A program made the translations under genes and the position numbers. The notes under the pieces were generated by a model that saw only the letters and a program-made list of their open reading frames with translations, had not been told where the DNA came from and did not search any database. Positions 48,241 to 61,745 of a DNA stretch of 64,000 bases are shown here, piece by piece. Source of the DNA: Marsupella aquatica (Eukaryota > Plantae > Marchantiophyta); the NCBI GenBank assembly GCA_973895155.1, contig OZ316894.1:1115968-1179967 (forward strand), written 5' to 3'. Every line of letters starts with the position of its first letter. Positions within the stretch are counted from its first letter, which is position 1.

Positions 48241-51200
48241 TTGGTTAGGCTTTAAGTTATTTGCTTTGACTCTTGGTCCCACCTTGTCATCTGGTCCCAC
48301 TCCAGTAAATTTTATCATCTGATGGCACGCTCAACTCTCAACACAAACGCGCAACACATGCCATGCAGTTCTGCCCCTCCTCTCCTACCTTGCACTGATT
48401 TCATTCTATTTGGAGCCATGCAGTTCATGCATCCCTGGTGTACTGCACATTGCACTCCGGACCACTGAGTACACGATCTAGTCAACCTTGTTGATCTGAA
48501 AGTACGAACACCTATCCTACCAGGATCCTAGGTCAAATTTTGTGGCAGATAGATATCTCCCCACATAGTAGCTCCTAGTTTCCATATCTCCCCACATAGC
48601 TCCAAGTTCCAGTTAGGCCAAGGTTTGACGGACACAGGACGAGCGCTTTACATATGAATCAGGAAAACAGTCGGGATTACTCTAAGTGCTTCTCACGAGC
48701 CAAAGTAATCTTTCAAAGCCAGCAAGACTGAATATTTCTTTCTTTTCGATTATGAGAGCCTACGAGAAAAGTCTTACAATTGACTCCACAAATGGGTTAC
48801 TTTAGACAGTCATTTTAACCTTTGAACTGAGGAGAAAAGGATTACTTGAAGCCAATTCCTAACTAGATCACGGTGGTGAACAAATCTACGTTGGTAGGCA
48901 GGGAAGGGTGTCTGGCCTACAATTGATTGCATCGCTTTCAGGTCTGCATGATTGTGTTGCTGTTGTACTAGTGGCATAGCCAGCAAAGGTTTGTACTCAC
49001 CAAGGCCGGTCCTCGGACCATATATAACGGCTGAGCAAGTACAGAAATGACTGCAACTTCATATCGTCCCGTGGAATATCAATGTCACATCATTCTGATT
49101 GTCCATCAAGACTTAGGAGAGTTGAGCTTTTCACGAGCAAGGCAATTTCAAAGAACTCAATAAAATAACAGGTCTTACAAAACTTAGGATCATCTACAGT
49201 AGGTGCATCTTTGAGGCCACCAAAAGTTGTCAGTGACAGACTGATCGATCACAGCCTGAAATGTCTTGGCCAGTTTCAGCCGAATGATCCAGTTGAACAC
49301 TCGATCGCGTATGACTTTATGTCCTGATTCTTATGTAACAATCATGGCTTCCTTTCTTCTCTCCTCTTTCTGTTCTCTTCCGAGTCTGTAAGGGGAGTTC
49401 AAATTCGTTTGGGCAGGCTGACAAAAGATGAGAGTAGAATGGAAGTTTAATTAGACTGTCGAGGATCTAAAACAGAAGAAACTTTGCCCTAACAAAATTG
49501 TATGTTTTGCTCTTGAGAAAGTTCAGAAGAGACCAGATGTGCACTTAATGTGGCGAAATTGTGCCGAGGGAACTGTTATTTAGGCAGGATCCAGGGTGAA
49601 TTGCGGGTTGCCTCAGATGAACTACTTAGAATTTGAATCAGGGTTGAAACTGCCAGAAGGGCTTTGGGATGTGCTTTGCTGTACACCAGGGGCATTTTTG
49701 CTGAAGCATAATCATGAGACAATTGGAATGGGACAACTTCAAGCTCACTACTGGAACTACTTGATGTGTCAATTTGTGAAAGACATGTTGGCAGGTGAAA
49801 ACAAACTCTTCATTTTGCAGGTATAAGTGACGAAGCATATAGAACACTGCGAAAGAAAAAAGGTGCCAAACAGGGAGACACCGTTCCAAATGCTAGGAAA
49901 TCAATGAAGGGGAGGTAAAACCCCAGAAGACCACAAAGCCAAAAAAGCCCAAGAGTTCCGGGCCCCACAGCCAGGCCCACAGCGAATCAGTTTTTTTAAA
50001 TTGTTAAAAATAAATTAAAAATCCAAATGGACCCCACAACCAAGGCAGACCAAAGGCTTCAAACTTCCTAGCAAATTAGAGGAAGAAAATGCATACATCG
50101 GATTAGAAACCTCCTCTTGTGGTTCAACTCGGGTATGACCCCCCTTGTGGGCTATCCTCTGTGGATGGGTCAGAAGGGTCAGCTTTAGGTATTCAAGGCA
50201 GAAAAGAAACCTCCTCTTGTTGACTTGTTGTTTACCAAGGTTCAACTCGAGTTAGGTGTGCATTACTCACATGAAACTTTGTTCCAAATAAAGACAAAAT
50301 GTATTTAATAGCCTGCCAGGCTCGAGCTCGGGGTGTCAGTAATCATAGATCCAGGTCAATGCATGTTACAGGAATTCATATCAATTTATTCCTGCCATTG
50401 AAAGTTGACACCCCACAGGCAAGCTTTCTCCTGTCCCACAATTGTGTTCGTACTTTCGACTCTGTCAATGCAAATGGAGATCTGAATGGCGGGTTGGATT
50501 GTTTGGCGATTACCATTCTTGCGAAAACTGGCGGTTGGCAGCTTGGATTTGGCTGTCCATCTCGAAATTGTTGTTTTGCACATACAATGTGTCGGGTGGG
50601 GCACATACAACGAAATTTTGTCTCCATTTGATTTGTTTGGGCCCTCAGTGGGAGAAACAAAGCACAGGTGGAGAAGCTTTAGTAGCCCCTAAAAATCCAG
50701 GTAGTAAATGGTGCAAAACATATGGGACTCCATTTCTCATTCACCACCCCCCCGTACCCGAAGTACCCCACAATCTCCCGAAGGCAAAAAGCTCACCGAA
50801 TGATGACCTCGTGCACGGTATGGGTCGGAATGGAAAGAATTCCTGAGAAACGGCAATCATCTTTCGTATTTCGTACAGGACGTTGGGAATGCGCTCCACC
50901 GAGAGAACGGTACATTTCTCCAGAACCGTAATGAGATCTCGTGGACGACGGAGTGACGGACTGTATGTACATGAGGGGACCGACTCATCGCATAATTGAG
51001 TAGACAGTATGTTCTCTCAGACATGGAGGAGAAGGAATTCGGGGCGAAATTCCCCGTTTCATTCTTGGCTGAGCAGCCGTTGGCTTAGAATAACGTGTAT
51101 GGGTATTCGGGTCGACCTGAATAACGAACTTTCTGTTCAGATTGAAAGAATAATGATCATGACAACAGATGGGAAGGCGAGGGAATTTCATCATCATCAT

Positions 51201-52470
51201 CATCATCCTCGTCAAAGAAGCAGCGACTTTCCGTCTCCATGAGGCGGGCCCTGTGGACAAATCATGGACGACGACGAAGAAGAAGATGAAGTAAATTCAA
51301 GAGACTGAATTGGGAATTGAAAAAAGTCTGTTAGGATGTGGTCGAAGTAGATTCGGGCCAATTGTGCTTTGCTCACTCAAGAGAAGCTCAGATAGGCGAT
51401 CGATCGCACCAGACGGAGCGGAGTACTTGTGTCCCGAAGGTTGAGAAGGTCGTGTTGCTGCTGATGATAGCGGTCTCGTGGACTACCAGGAGGACGGCCA
51501 CGAAGACGACTCATCTGCTGCTGCTGCGACGGGCCGTGACAATCGTCGTGATGTTTATGATGAAGTGGAGAACTTTTATCTTCAAAGTGGTGCGGCAGCA
51601 GTGTCGATTATGCACTTGCCGCTGTGCGTTGGCGAAGAAATCGTCAGCGAGGGGGAGGCGGAGGAGGGGCTGCAAGAAATCTATCTGTTGGGCCAGAGTG
51701 TCAGTGAATAGAAGGAAATAAGGGTCTTAGCAGAGAAGTGGAAGCTGGGCTTTCATCCGAATTCTCCTCCGACCTTCCTCGTCAAGACCGCTTGTGGTTG
51801 GTAAGATTCCCAATCATTGGAACACCATCTCCGTTGATCTCGAAGAAAGATTTTCTTTCAGCTGTTGTACATTTGCATTGTTTACATGGGAAGCAAACTT
51901 CTGTTCGTATATTTGAGCGACAGTTTCGTAAATTAGCTGTGATCACTTGGGTGAATATGGAACGATTCTATGGAGTAAGGTTCTTCTCAACATGATCCCT
52001 TTACAGGGAATGGATCATGTTTGAAGTCCAAATGAAGACTAATAGATCGTAAGTCTTCGTTTGTAGCTAGGTTAAAGTTTAACATCAATGGTCCTAGGTC
52101 GTCAGTAATACTTCCCTTCCATTCAGGTTGAATCCTATAATAGGCTTTCATTTTCATTTTCATTTGTTTTCTGCACCACGGGATTGAAGAGGGAAATGGC
52201 AGCATAGGTATCTCGAGTTCTGAATTTTGGCCGACGTACGTCAGTGTTAAGTGAAATGTCTCCACTCTAGTGTTTCTCCTAATTGAAAAACAAGCCAGCG
52301 AGTGTAGAATTATACATACGCTCAATGCAATGGACCGCGAGTCTACAAAACAATCACTTCAATCTCAATCGAGAGCATAGGGAACTAACAGCTCAGCAAT
52401 CTGGCTGTCAGCCATAAAAGCTGTAAAATTTCTCAACCAGATGTGTAGTCTACGTCTAAATCTCTGATAG

Positions 52471-52521
52471 ATTTTGATGACGACTCGAGTTCTGATTTTG
52501 ATGACGACTCGAGTTCTGATT
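52471..52521. repeat. 24-bp tandem duplication
   Basis: attttgatgacgactcgagttctg x2. Confidence 0.9.
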
Positions 52522-53049
52522 CTCCATCTAGTCATCTAGGGGTAGACGTTCATTTGAAGGAGATAGCCGTAACAAAACTTTTAGTGACAATTCAAGATGG
52601 TGTACAATGAAAAACGTATTTCTGCGGGCTGCACGTACAGAAACCGAAAGTTTTATACCCGGAGGATCATGACCGATGGGCTCACCCTTGCCCATTTTCT
52701 CCATTTTGCCAAGCACAGTGAGAGAATACTTGGCGGATCAGTTGAGGTGAGATTTTCTAGGTTGCCAAGGCTCCAAACATATGGTCCTCAGAATGCTTCA
52801 GAGGTTCCTTCAGAGGTTCCCAACTGTATGATAACGCCATGTGAAGATGGTGCTGTATATTAATTTTAAACCACTCTCGAGTTCTACAAACATTGATTTT
52901 TTCCCTAGCAGTGACATTAGGGAATAAAAGCGAAACACTAATTTGATGAACAATAACTTTGACATTTTCACTTTCTAATCTTATCAATGCTCTCATAACA
53001 AACCACACAAATCTGTGAGATCAGGTCTGGAAAAAACAAAGAAGAAATC

Positions 53050-53950
53050 TTATAAGTGATTTAAGGTACCAATTTTGGGGTTTAATAGAAACCGCTCAAC
53101 AAAGTGTTTTGGCTTGGCTTCAGCACGGAACTCGTTTTCGGAGCCTTTGAAGGATTCTCTCACGTATGAGTAAGATTCAATGCTCACCCAATCATCGCTT
53201 GGACCAGTCTTCACCTCTGTCTTCACACCATGTCCCACCCCCGCCTCTCCAGCTTCCTCATCAGGCCTCTTTGTCCACGTCTCTTCCGCCTCCACCAACA
53301 GTGGAGTCTTTCCCTGCTCCTTCCCAGGAGGAGCGTCCTCAGCACACTTGTTTGGACTGTGGTTCCCTCCCTCATCATCGAGGGTGCGGCCAATGTCAAC
53401 GTCATCAGCAAGCGCAGTCTCAACCCCAGCCCCCTCCTGACCCTGTTGGCTTTGCCCTTCCCTCTTTGGAGGCATCTGAATAGGCTTGGCATTGAGTTTG
53501 CACCATGGACCTCATTGCAACCTACCATCCTGGGTACATTAGACCCTGTCTTTATAACCACATTCCTCATGCATTGCGTCCTTAAACCCCTAAACTCTAA
53601 AGAAGAGTTATAAACAACATTATTGGAGCACATGTTGTTTAATGAGGGTCCATCTGGGTTGTAGAAGTTCATCAGGACAGTTAATTTGATAGGGTCCAAT
53701 GCCATGGGGATGTTTGTTTTCAGTTGTAAGACACATCAGATAGGCTTTGACAACCTGGATGGAATCTCAACTAGCTCTGTGAGTGAGTTCTGGGTTAAGG
53801 GTCAGCCCCATAGCCCAAGTAACAAAACAAAGCTATCAATTACGGCCGCACCTCAGTCTCAAAGCATATATCCTCTTTCCTCCCCTCAGGCTCAAAGCAT
53901 ATATCCTCTTTCCACCCCTCTTAGTAAGTCGCCACCATGAATGAGCAGCC
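53050..53950 (-). mobile_element. Possible degraded LINE ORF1 (gag-like) remnant; includes a 33-bp duplication at about 53851-53912
   Basis: PSLFRCLQRG resembles an eroded zinc knuckle, followed by a charged low-complexity tract. Weak evidence. Confidence 0.3.
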
Positions 53951-54808
53951 ATGATTACCAAGTGAGGTCCAATAGCAGATTTATGAATTTGGCACCTAAA
54001 GTAAACAAAACATGGGTAAGATTATTGGTAAAGTGTTGAGCCATTTTTCACTGGGGAAATGGAGTTCCCATAAGTTTTGGGACTTGCATAATACAGACGC
54101 TATCCAGGTGCTGAGTTCGGAGATGCCCTAGTAGCACGACTCTTTCCTGGACGAAGTCTTATAGTACTGTAGCCTCAGAGCACAAAACGTGATGACTGTG
54201 TCGCTTTGCTCGAAAGCTTTTCGGTGAGCAGTCCGAGCTTTCCTCAATTCATCGCGAGTTTCAAGAACAAAAGCCGCAATTCGGACGATTTCCATGGACT
54301 AAACAGAATGGCCTCGGAAAGCAGTGCTCTCGCCTATGATCGGTTCCAGCTCGTCTGTGCTCTGCCTGGCCAGCGCTGATCCGGTTCAGGTCGATGCGCA
54401 ATCTGATGTTTGGTGTTTGGCTGAGAGCTGCTGCTAGCTGCCGCTCGGTCTTTTAGCTCACAGCTTCTGCTCGGCTCCAACGGGATTGTGATTTTGGGGT
54501 CGCGTCGCTACCCGGTGGCAGTGCTCTGAAGCTCGTTAGAAATTACAATTTAGGGGTTGCAGGGAATGTGGTGGCTCGCCCGTGACTGCAAATTGCTGTT
54601 TTGAGGGGATTTCGCGTGATCTAGGAAACATCTTTTCGTCCCCGCCTCGACGTTTTCTGCACCAGACTGTTGGAGGCACAGCTCTTGGACCTAAACCTGC
54701 TCAACCTGCCTTGCCTTCAATCGAAACGCACCCAGACAGAGAACACTCATTCGAGGTGTGGGCTAGTTGAGCAGGCGAGGGAGAGGAGGGGAGGGGAGGG
54801 AGTTCGAG

Positions 54809-55042
54809 ATGACTAGAGGAAATCAGAGGGAGAAGGATCGGGAGCGCGCGGCCGCGAGAGGGCCGGGATCGAAGATGAAGGACGACGGGCTGACTCCGTT
54901 GCAGCGACGGGAGCGCGACGCCAAGGCGTTGCAGGAGAAGAACGCCAAGAAAGCTTCGGGAGCCCCGGGTGGTGGTGGTGGTGGTGGTGGTAGTGGTGCT
55001 GCTGCTTCCTCGACGGGCTCTAAGGCGCCTGCGAAGAAATGA
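54809..55042 (+). CDS. SERF / 4F5 family small EDRK-rich protein, 77 aa
   Basis: MTRGNQREKDRERA...DGLTPLQRRERDAKALQEK is the SERF consensus. (GGT)n poly-Gly tail. Confidence 0.93.
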   Translation: MTRGNQREKDRERAAARGPGSKMKDDGLTPLQRRERDAKALQEKNAKKASGAPGGGGGGGGSGAAASSTGSKAPAKK

Positions 55043-56680
55043 AAATGAGAAATGGCAATCACGACCTAATCGGCGGTTATATTCACCAGGATCACAGACA
55101 GCGGGATTGTTTGGTTTCTTGTGGGCAAATTCTAGGAGCTGTCATTCGGGCGGGCAAGCAAAGACTCGGGAGGTGAGTTAGGATTCTCCGTTGTGGCCCT
55201 AGCTGTCTCAAAATCTGCAGCGGAGTGTTAAGTTCGCGGAGAATGTTTTTCGTGAGCCATGAGCAGTCTACATTTCCAGGAGCTGTTGTCAGTTGGGCAA
55301 GTAACTAAGACGCAGCAGATTGTGAAGGCTGGGGTGACGTCTAGTCTCGACCAAGGCTGACTGAGCACGCAGCCCTCACCAAAAAATACATGCATTCAAT
55401 ATTAGTAAGGGCTTGGGGAATTCTCCAGCTTATGAGCATGCGCAACGCAGAGTTAATCATCGTTTCAGTAGAAGGATTGAATCTCTGGTGAATGAAATGT
55501 AATCATGATACGGAGACTCGATGTGCGGTACTTTCAATGTAATGGCCCGATTCTCATTCTTAATTCAGTAGCTTCTCTAGATTTAACCTGAATGACATCG
55601 CCGGACTGAGGTTTTGTTGCTTTTGGAGTGCCTCCATAGTTTAATTGCTTGCACAATGTGGCTATGTTCACACACATAGATTTTGAATGACTTAAGGGAG
55701 TACAGTGGGGTTTACTTGAGCCTTCTAGCTACTGTATCCTTTGAATCCTCTCACAGGAAGCGTGGGAATGTATCGTCGTTTCTAGAAACAACCTGTTTGA
55801 ATACCGAAACGTATCTCCTTCGTTGAGTGCTGCCTTCTTAGTTTTGTTGCACCTTGTGCTTCTCGGGGTGTAATTGGCATGTTTCTTTTTGGAACCATGT
55901 TGAGTTTTGTTGCCATAGACATCGTCAAAGATATTTTTATTGGCGATGTGAGCAATTATGAGATTTGATGAGATTGAGACCAGATTGGAGGCCGAAATGA
56001 GCGAGGAGGATTCGTTATCTCAGAATAGGATGAAATTCAGGAATAGCAAGAATTGGATGGCATGGATCATACGTAGATAACAGGCCATCCTTTAGAGAAA
56101 TCAGCATGGATGATGAAGAAATTCTTATAAGAGCCTGCTTTGGTTTTTCTATGGTTCTCTCTCTACTCTGTTTTTGTTTGTACTGTTTTGGCCCTTTTTG
56201 CTGTACATTCATTGTTCCTTCTTTTCACGTTATCCATTTTAATTTGCTCTCTTGTTTGCAACCGTTGGCTGTCCTCACTGAGATCCTTTGCTCTTGGGTG
56301 AGGACTGCCGTTCTTCTGAGGCTATGAATTGGGGTCTTGATTGAAGTTAGAGTAACACGGTAAATAATGAGCACACCCAACGTTGTTCGTAGTTAAGCAG
56401 ATGGAATCATGATTCATTTGGATATTTCAGCGAACGAGTCCCGCCTCATGATACTGCTGTTCACCAAGCGTTGTTGTTTCTCTGACAGTGCTCTATGCAT
56501 TGTGTTGCAACAAGATCGCCAAACACACAACTTACATTCGTGTACTATGAACACTTGTTATTTTTGTCCAACGGTGTATCAGAAAGCTTCCAAATACACT
56601 CACCCATCAATGGTGCAGTTTGGTGTACCTAGAAAGGCTCTCGTGACAGCAGAGAAGGCATCGACAACAACTTGTTCATG

Positions 56681-58838
56681 TCAATTGTGTGCGTTTGGTT
56701 GGAAGAAAAAAGTGCCGTGATCTGAATCGTCTGAAACTGCCCACGAACCCTCCATGACCACTTTCAGTTCCTCCTGTCCCGTTGCAAGAGAATGACCAAT
56801 GGCTCCCATGTAGAATACTGCGGGCCTTGCTTTGTACTGCTTGATCATTGTTACCAATGCGTACTGACTTTCCTGTTGGAAGCGACCTGTAGATCACTCG
56901 GTAGATCATGGAGACACATTTCAAAGATGGACAGAGTAAGTAATTTGAAGTGCGTAACACAATTACAACAGTTCCACTAACGCTCTGAATTTGTCTTCAA
57001 AAGCATCACACAACTCACCTAACCAGGTGTAGCCGATCATTTCGTCCACTCCACTGCCAAAGATGTTATTTGAATTTGTGAAGAGAATTCCGCCAATCAT
57101 TCTAACTTTCGTATTTTGCTGTATGAAGAAACCCTTCCAGAGCTGCATCACCCCTACCTGCACAATTCGAGCTTCCGCTCCATTTGCAACTGACTGACAG
57201 CTCTGCAGTTCAAGGTGGAAATTGCTTTGTAACAAGGATCCAGACTTCCAAGTGCCATCCATGATGTTTTCCCTGATCTCACCATCGTACTGCACGCTGT
57301 GCTTCCCAATGTACTGCTTGATGAAGTGAACCCTGGTCCCTCTGCATTCACCTGTAATTAATCACAACCTTGAACATCAGACTGCCCTTGATGAGGCCAA
57401 TTTAACGCATGTAGAAACATCGCTAAAAATTGTAGCCAGAGATACAACGCTCTTGCTCTTCAAATTGAAAGTAAGCATTTGACTTAAACTAGTACAAGGG
57501 GTTGGTCCACTTTTTTAACAAAAACAAACGGACTTAAACTTGTATATGTGAACAAGCTTGCTTACAATTGGGGAAAAAGAACGGAAAAAGGAACTGAACG
57601 ATCTGTGGAAATAGTCGATATGCAAAGATTTGACATGACTTGGTGTCTGGGTATATTGTAGTTTACCTTGGCATGTGAACAACCCGACTTCATCACTACC
57701 ACCACCACGAATTCTGTGGTTGGCCGCAACGACAAGTTCCACAGTCATAGCACCCTGTTGGGAGCCTTGCGTCCAATATCCAGTCCAACATTGCACCTGA
57801 CTTGTCTCCGTCGTGGAAGCCTTTACACCGCTATCCTATACAATGTAAAGCAGATTTCCCTGTCAGTGCTTTCACGCACAGCCATGTAATTCGATTGCGA
57901 GCTACAACTACTCGAGATTCATGCCGACAGAGATCTGGATAAGGGACTATTCAGGACTGATGATGAACAGAACGGAAACTGTTTAATTTGACATCAATCA
58001 CATTATCAGCTTACAAGAAGGAGCTGAGCTCAAGCTGACATATGACAAGCAATCTCAAACACAAACAGCGCACCTGCGGCTCAACGGAGAAGTGCTTGAC
58101 AGGTCGCTGATCACCAAGGACGGTGCTGATAATGTTCTCCACAGAGCTCTGAGGAGGCTGGAAAAGGTTATTGATCTGCCAGGGGCCAACCAAACAGTCA
58201 CCGTAAAGAAGTGCTCTGGCTTGGAGCTTGGCTTTGTTACTTGAGGCCGAGGGACCCGATAGAAACTGACGCGCAACGGGAAAGTCGTGCAGCAACTGAT
58301 CCCAGAAATGAGGCCATTTCGCCTCGAAAACGTTCGTCAATCTATTTCTCCAGAATTCTCGCATCTGCGGGTGCTCGATGCGCTCGGACGGTCCTCTAGA
58401 AACCACGTTCTGCAGTATGTAGCCCCGATAGTCAGCTGCGTGAGCATCCAGCCGCTTCCACAGATCCGCGGAGTCCAACTCCACGTCATTGCCATTCACA
58501 AATCTTTCCATCCATCGTTGTTGCAGAAATTTCTCCACAAAGCCCACCACTTCCGTCATTGTGGCTCGGAAGCTGTTCACAAAAGCTTTGAACTCGTCGT
58601 TTTGAGGCCTGGATTCCGCTACATACTGCTCAAGCATGCGAGAAAGCATGAGAGACCGCTCCGACAGCTGCACTACCAGCTTCTGATTCTCCTTACTCAC
58701 ATCCTTCGCATCCAGCGAATTGGCCGTCAAGAGAGCCACCTTTGCCATCAATTCGACTGCCGTATCAGCTGGCGGCGGCAGAATCTGTGCAGCTTGTCCT
58801 AGTGTGACTGATAGCATCTTCCATGTACTACTCGCCAT
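56681..58838 (-). CDS. 490-aa protein: MLKL/RPW8-like N-terminal four-helix bundle + Cbl EF-hand-like segment + two tandem beta-rich repeats; exons 58838-58074, 57835-57667, 57351-57019, 56886-56681
   Basis: All three introns are GT-AG with consistent phases (0,1,1), giving one open frame to TGA at 56681. The internal repeat W.G...Q...M.......I.G.G.DE.....G......IKQY.....V.Y.G......M.G.W occurs twice. Domain names are motif-based inference. Confidence 0.8.
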
Positions 58839-61745
58839 GCCGTTATAGGACGTCTCTTGCAACACTCCGACCGGCGGGAGCCCGAGCTTCCACTATTCTA
58901 AATGCTCACCTGGTCGTCAAGAAGGACTGCTCAACGAACGTGAGAAAATCTTTCTAGGAGGAGAATGAATACTTGCTAAATTACTTCGCAGGACACTCCG
59001 GTCGTATCACAAATTTCCTTACGATTGGAGATTTACAGCTCCACTTCAATCATCCTCCGACCATCAATTATGTACCAATTAGGATGACCAAATCCTGGAT
59101 ACTCAACCAGTTTGTACAAGATTCAACTTACCAGCGTCGGCTTACGGGAGTTCAGCCGCCAAACAAACCACAAGTTGCCAGAGAGATTGTGATCAAACTG
59201 CGAGTGATGCTCGGAGTGATGTCCACAGAGCTCAGAACTAGTTCTAGTTGGCGAAATCTTGTCGGCAAATATTCAATTCAAAATTCAGGTACTTCCAGAT
59301 TCGGCCATCTATTTCTGGATCTCAATTGTTTTTCAGGGCTTTCAGAGATAAGGGGACCAGAAGGTCTTGTCTTTGGTCAGCGAGGAAATGCCTGCAACAC
59401 GTAAGCAGACGCTGTTGAATTGACAGAAATGTCCTCACGAATGGTAAACTCCGAGCAAGCATTCAACGGCAACTTAATTGCAGTTCATGACATTACAATA
59501 TAAACGCTTGTTCTGAATTGACATTACTGCCGCAAAGTTCGTCGATCATAAAGCACATTTGCCGGCCAGGACAGTCAGGGGTGGTGAGGACTTTGGCACC
59601 CGTGAGGATGACGAACAACAACGAAGCGTGAAGCTGTGCCAAGTTTGTCTTAAGGCTCATCGATGCATTCAAAGCGTGCTTTTTTAATTGGCGAAAATAC
59701 GCCAAATACGTTGGGATAGCTAGTGCGACCTTAGCAAAGGAAAGTTTTGACAAAAAAGAAACACTCGTCACATGCTGAGGTGACAGAAGTGTGTAGTGAG
59801 GGGCACTCCTCCCAAGCCACTGTTGGGCTTGATCGCCAATGTCCTGCCACACATATTTACTTGATCCCCAGTGTCTTCCCACAAAAACACACTTGATCGC
59901 CACTTCCTGCTCACAGACCTACCCAAAAATTTGGAGCTGATAATCTGAGCTTGAATCTACACCTACCCAAAAATTTGGAAAATGTCGATAAATTCTAGAC
60001 GACATCGGTAGAAATTTCTCATAGATTCCTTTCTGTGCCCCTTCAAAGATTTGGGATTTGTCCCTGCACGCGAGAAAATTAATATTGACCGAGTCATGCC
60101 TGGAGGACCTAAGGTGAACTTTACAAAACCAGAGGGAGGATCTTGGGTGAATTTAACAGAAGGGTGGACAAAGCTGGTGGTCACTTTCACCAGATAAACA
60201 GATAAATTCAAGAGTTTTCATAGTTGACTCTAAAACTAAGCTCCAATAAATTGTTAAGTTTGACAAGATGCTCTTATCGATCACTAAAACTTACATCAAC
60301 CATCTTCAGAAAATACTAAAACCAAACTTGTGTACCCCACTTCATTCCTACGAGATACCACCGTAAGGAATCGTACATCTTTTCCACTATCGTGTAGCTC
60401 ATACGGCGGGAGTATTAGTTTGTGTAGCCTGAGAATCAGAGGGCAGCAACTATGAGTGTAATACCTGGGAATGATGCTTTCGAGTTCCATCCAGTTCCTG
60501 AGGGTTTCGTCGTGATCATAAGGCCCCCAAAAGCACCCAGTCAAGGCCACCAAGGGATGCCAAAATAACATCCTTACCCTTATATGCTTTATGGAGATGT
60601 TAAAATACCTGGTGCAGGGATAGGATTGAAATTGTCCAAAGGCTTCGCAAAACAGATTTATAATTTCTGAGGTTGTCTATGTGCCTCTCAAGCTATCATT
60701 GCTTTCTTTCTTCTGCTTCAAATGAGGGAGGTGAAACTTGCAAAACTTCCAATGGCATCGTATGATGTTTTTAGTGCCACATATCAACCAATTTCGGATG
60801 GGCTGACATATTTGTCTTGGCAACTATGTTTCAAGCTTTAAATTCAGAAATTTCTCTACCCAGATTTCTTCTAGCCTGAAGCGTCCAGTGTCGAGTGCCT
60901 AGTTCTCCCACTCACAAAGGCTGCCCTGTACCCGAGTATGTACACTAAACTCATTATCTAGAGCGACCATCACTTTCATAATTCAATTCGACAGTAGTGG
61001 AGAGAACTTATATCGGAAACAGTCTCGTTCCTTTGATAACGCATGGTAATTCAAGTTTTCATGCTCTATCCAAAAGGTTTGCTTTGGTAGTCAACACCAG
61101 GTAAGGAGAAGTTTTCAACGACCATTACTCAAACTGGCCTGTAAGACCTCGTTTGAGTACGCTCATTAGTTCAAAGATAACGTTTCTGTCATCGATTGTG
61201 CTAAAGTAGCGCTCCAAACATAACGTATGATAGTGTTATACCGCTTCGTTTGTAGAGCACGTTTTGGCTACTTCTTACCTGTACCTTGATCCTACCCAAG
61301 CCGTCAGGTACATATTCACGAGATGGTTCTCCATATGGCCAGTGTTTTGAAGTGTCAAAATTGAGCTGGTGTCGGCATACGATGTACAAGACTGAAAATC
61401 ATGTACTACCCAACAACATTTACATGAAACTAACCTCAGCTCCTGGACAGTTGCACGACGGATCTACAGTACATAGAGCACCAAACAAAAATAAGTACCA
61501 TTCTGTAGACGCCAAGGCACACACAAGATTGAGTCGCCACAGTAAAAAGAACGAGTTAGTTCCTCTGCTACCGAGCAGAGCCTTCTGGTTATTTCACAAT
61601 TCCAAAAATGGAAATCTCGGCTACAAAACTGCGAGATACTTGGGCCTTCTGTGCCACTGCCAACGCCCCCTCCCCCTTACGAACCGCACCCGAAAGAAGA
61701 AGAAAGAAAATCTCGCTAAGATTCTTCTGTCTGCTGCTTGCCTGT

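Noticed and set aside
51250-51720. GC-rich, coding-like acidic stretch
   Set aside because: Stops in the plausible frames and no family recognised; may be a decayed gene but I cannot support a call.
59900-61300. Possible exon-like fragments between the 58 kb gene and the Rossmann-fold gene
   Set aside because: Could not assemble an open spliced frame or identify homology.
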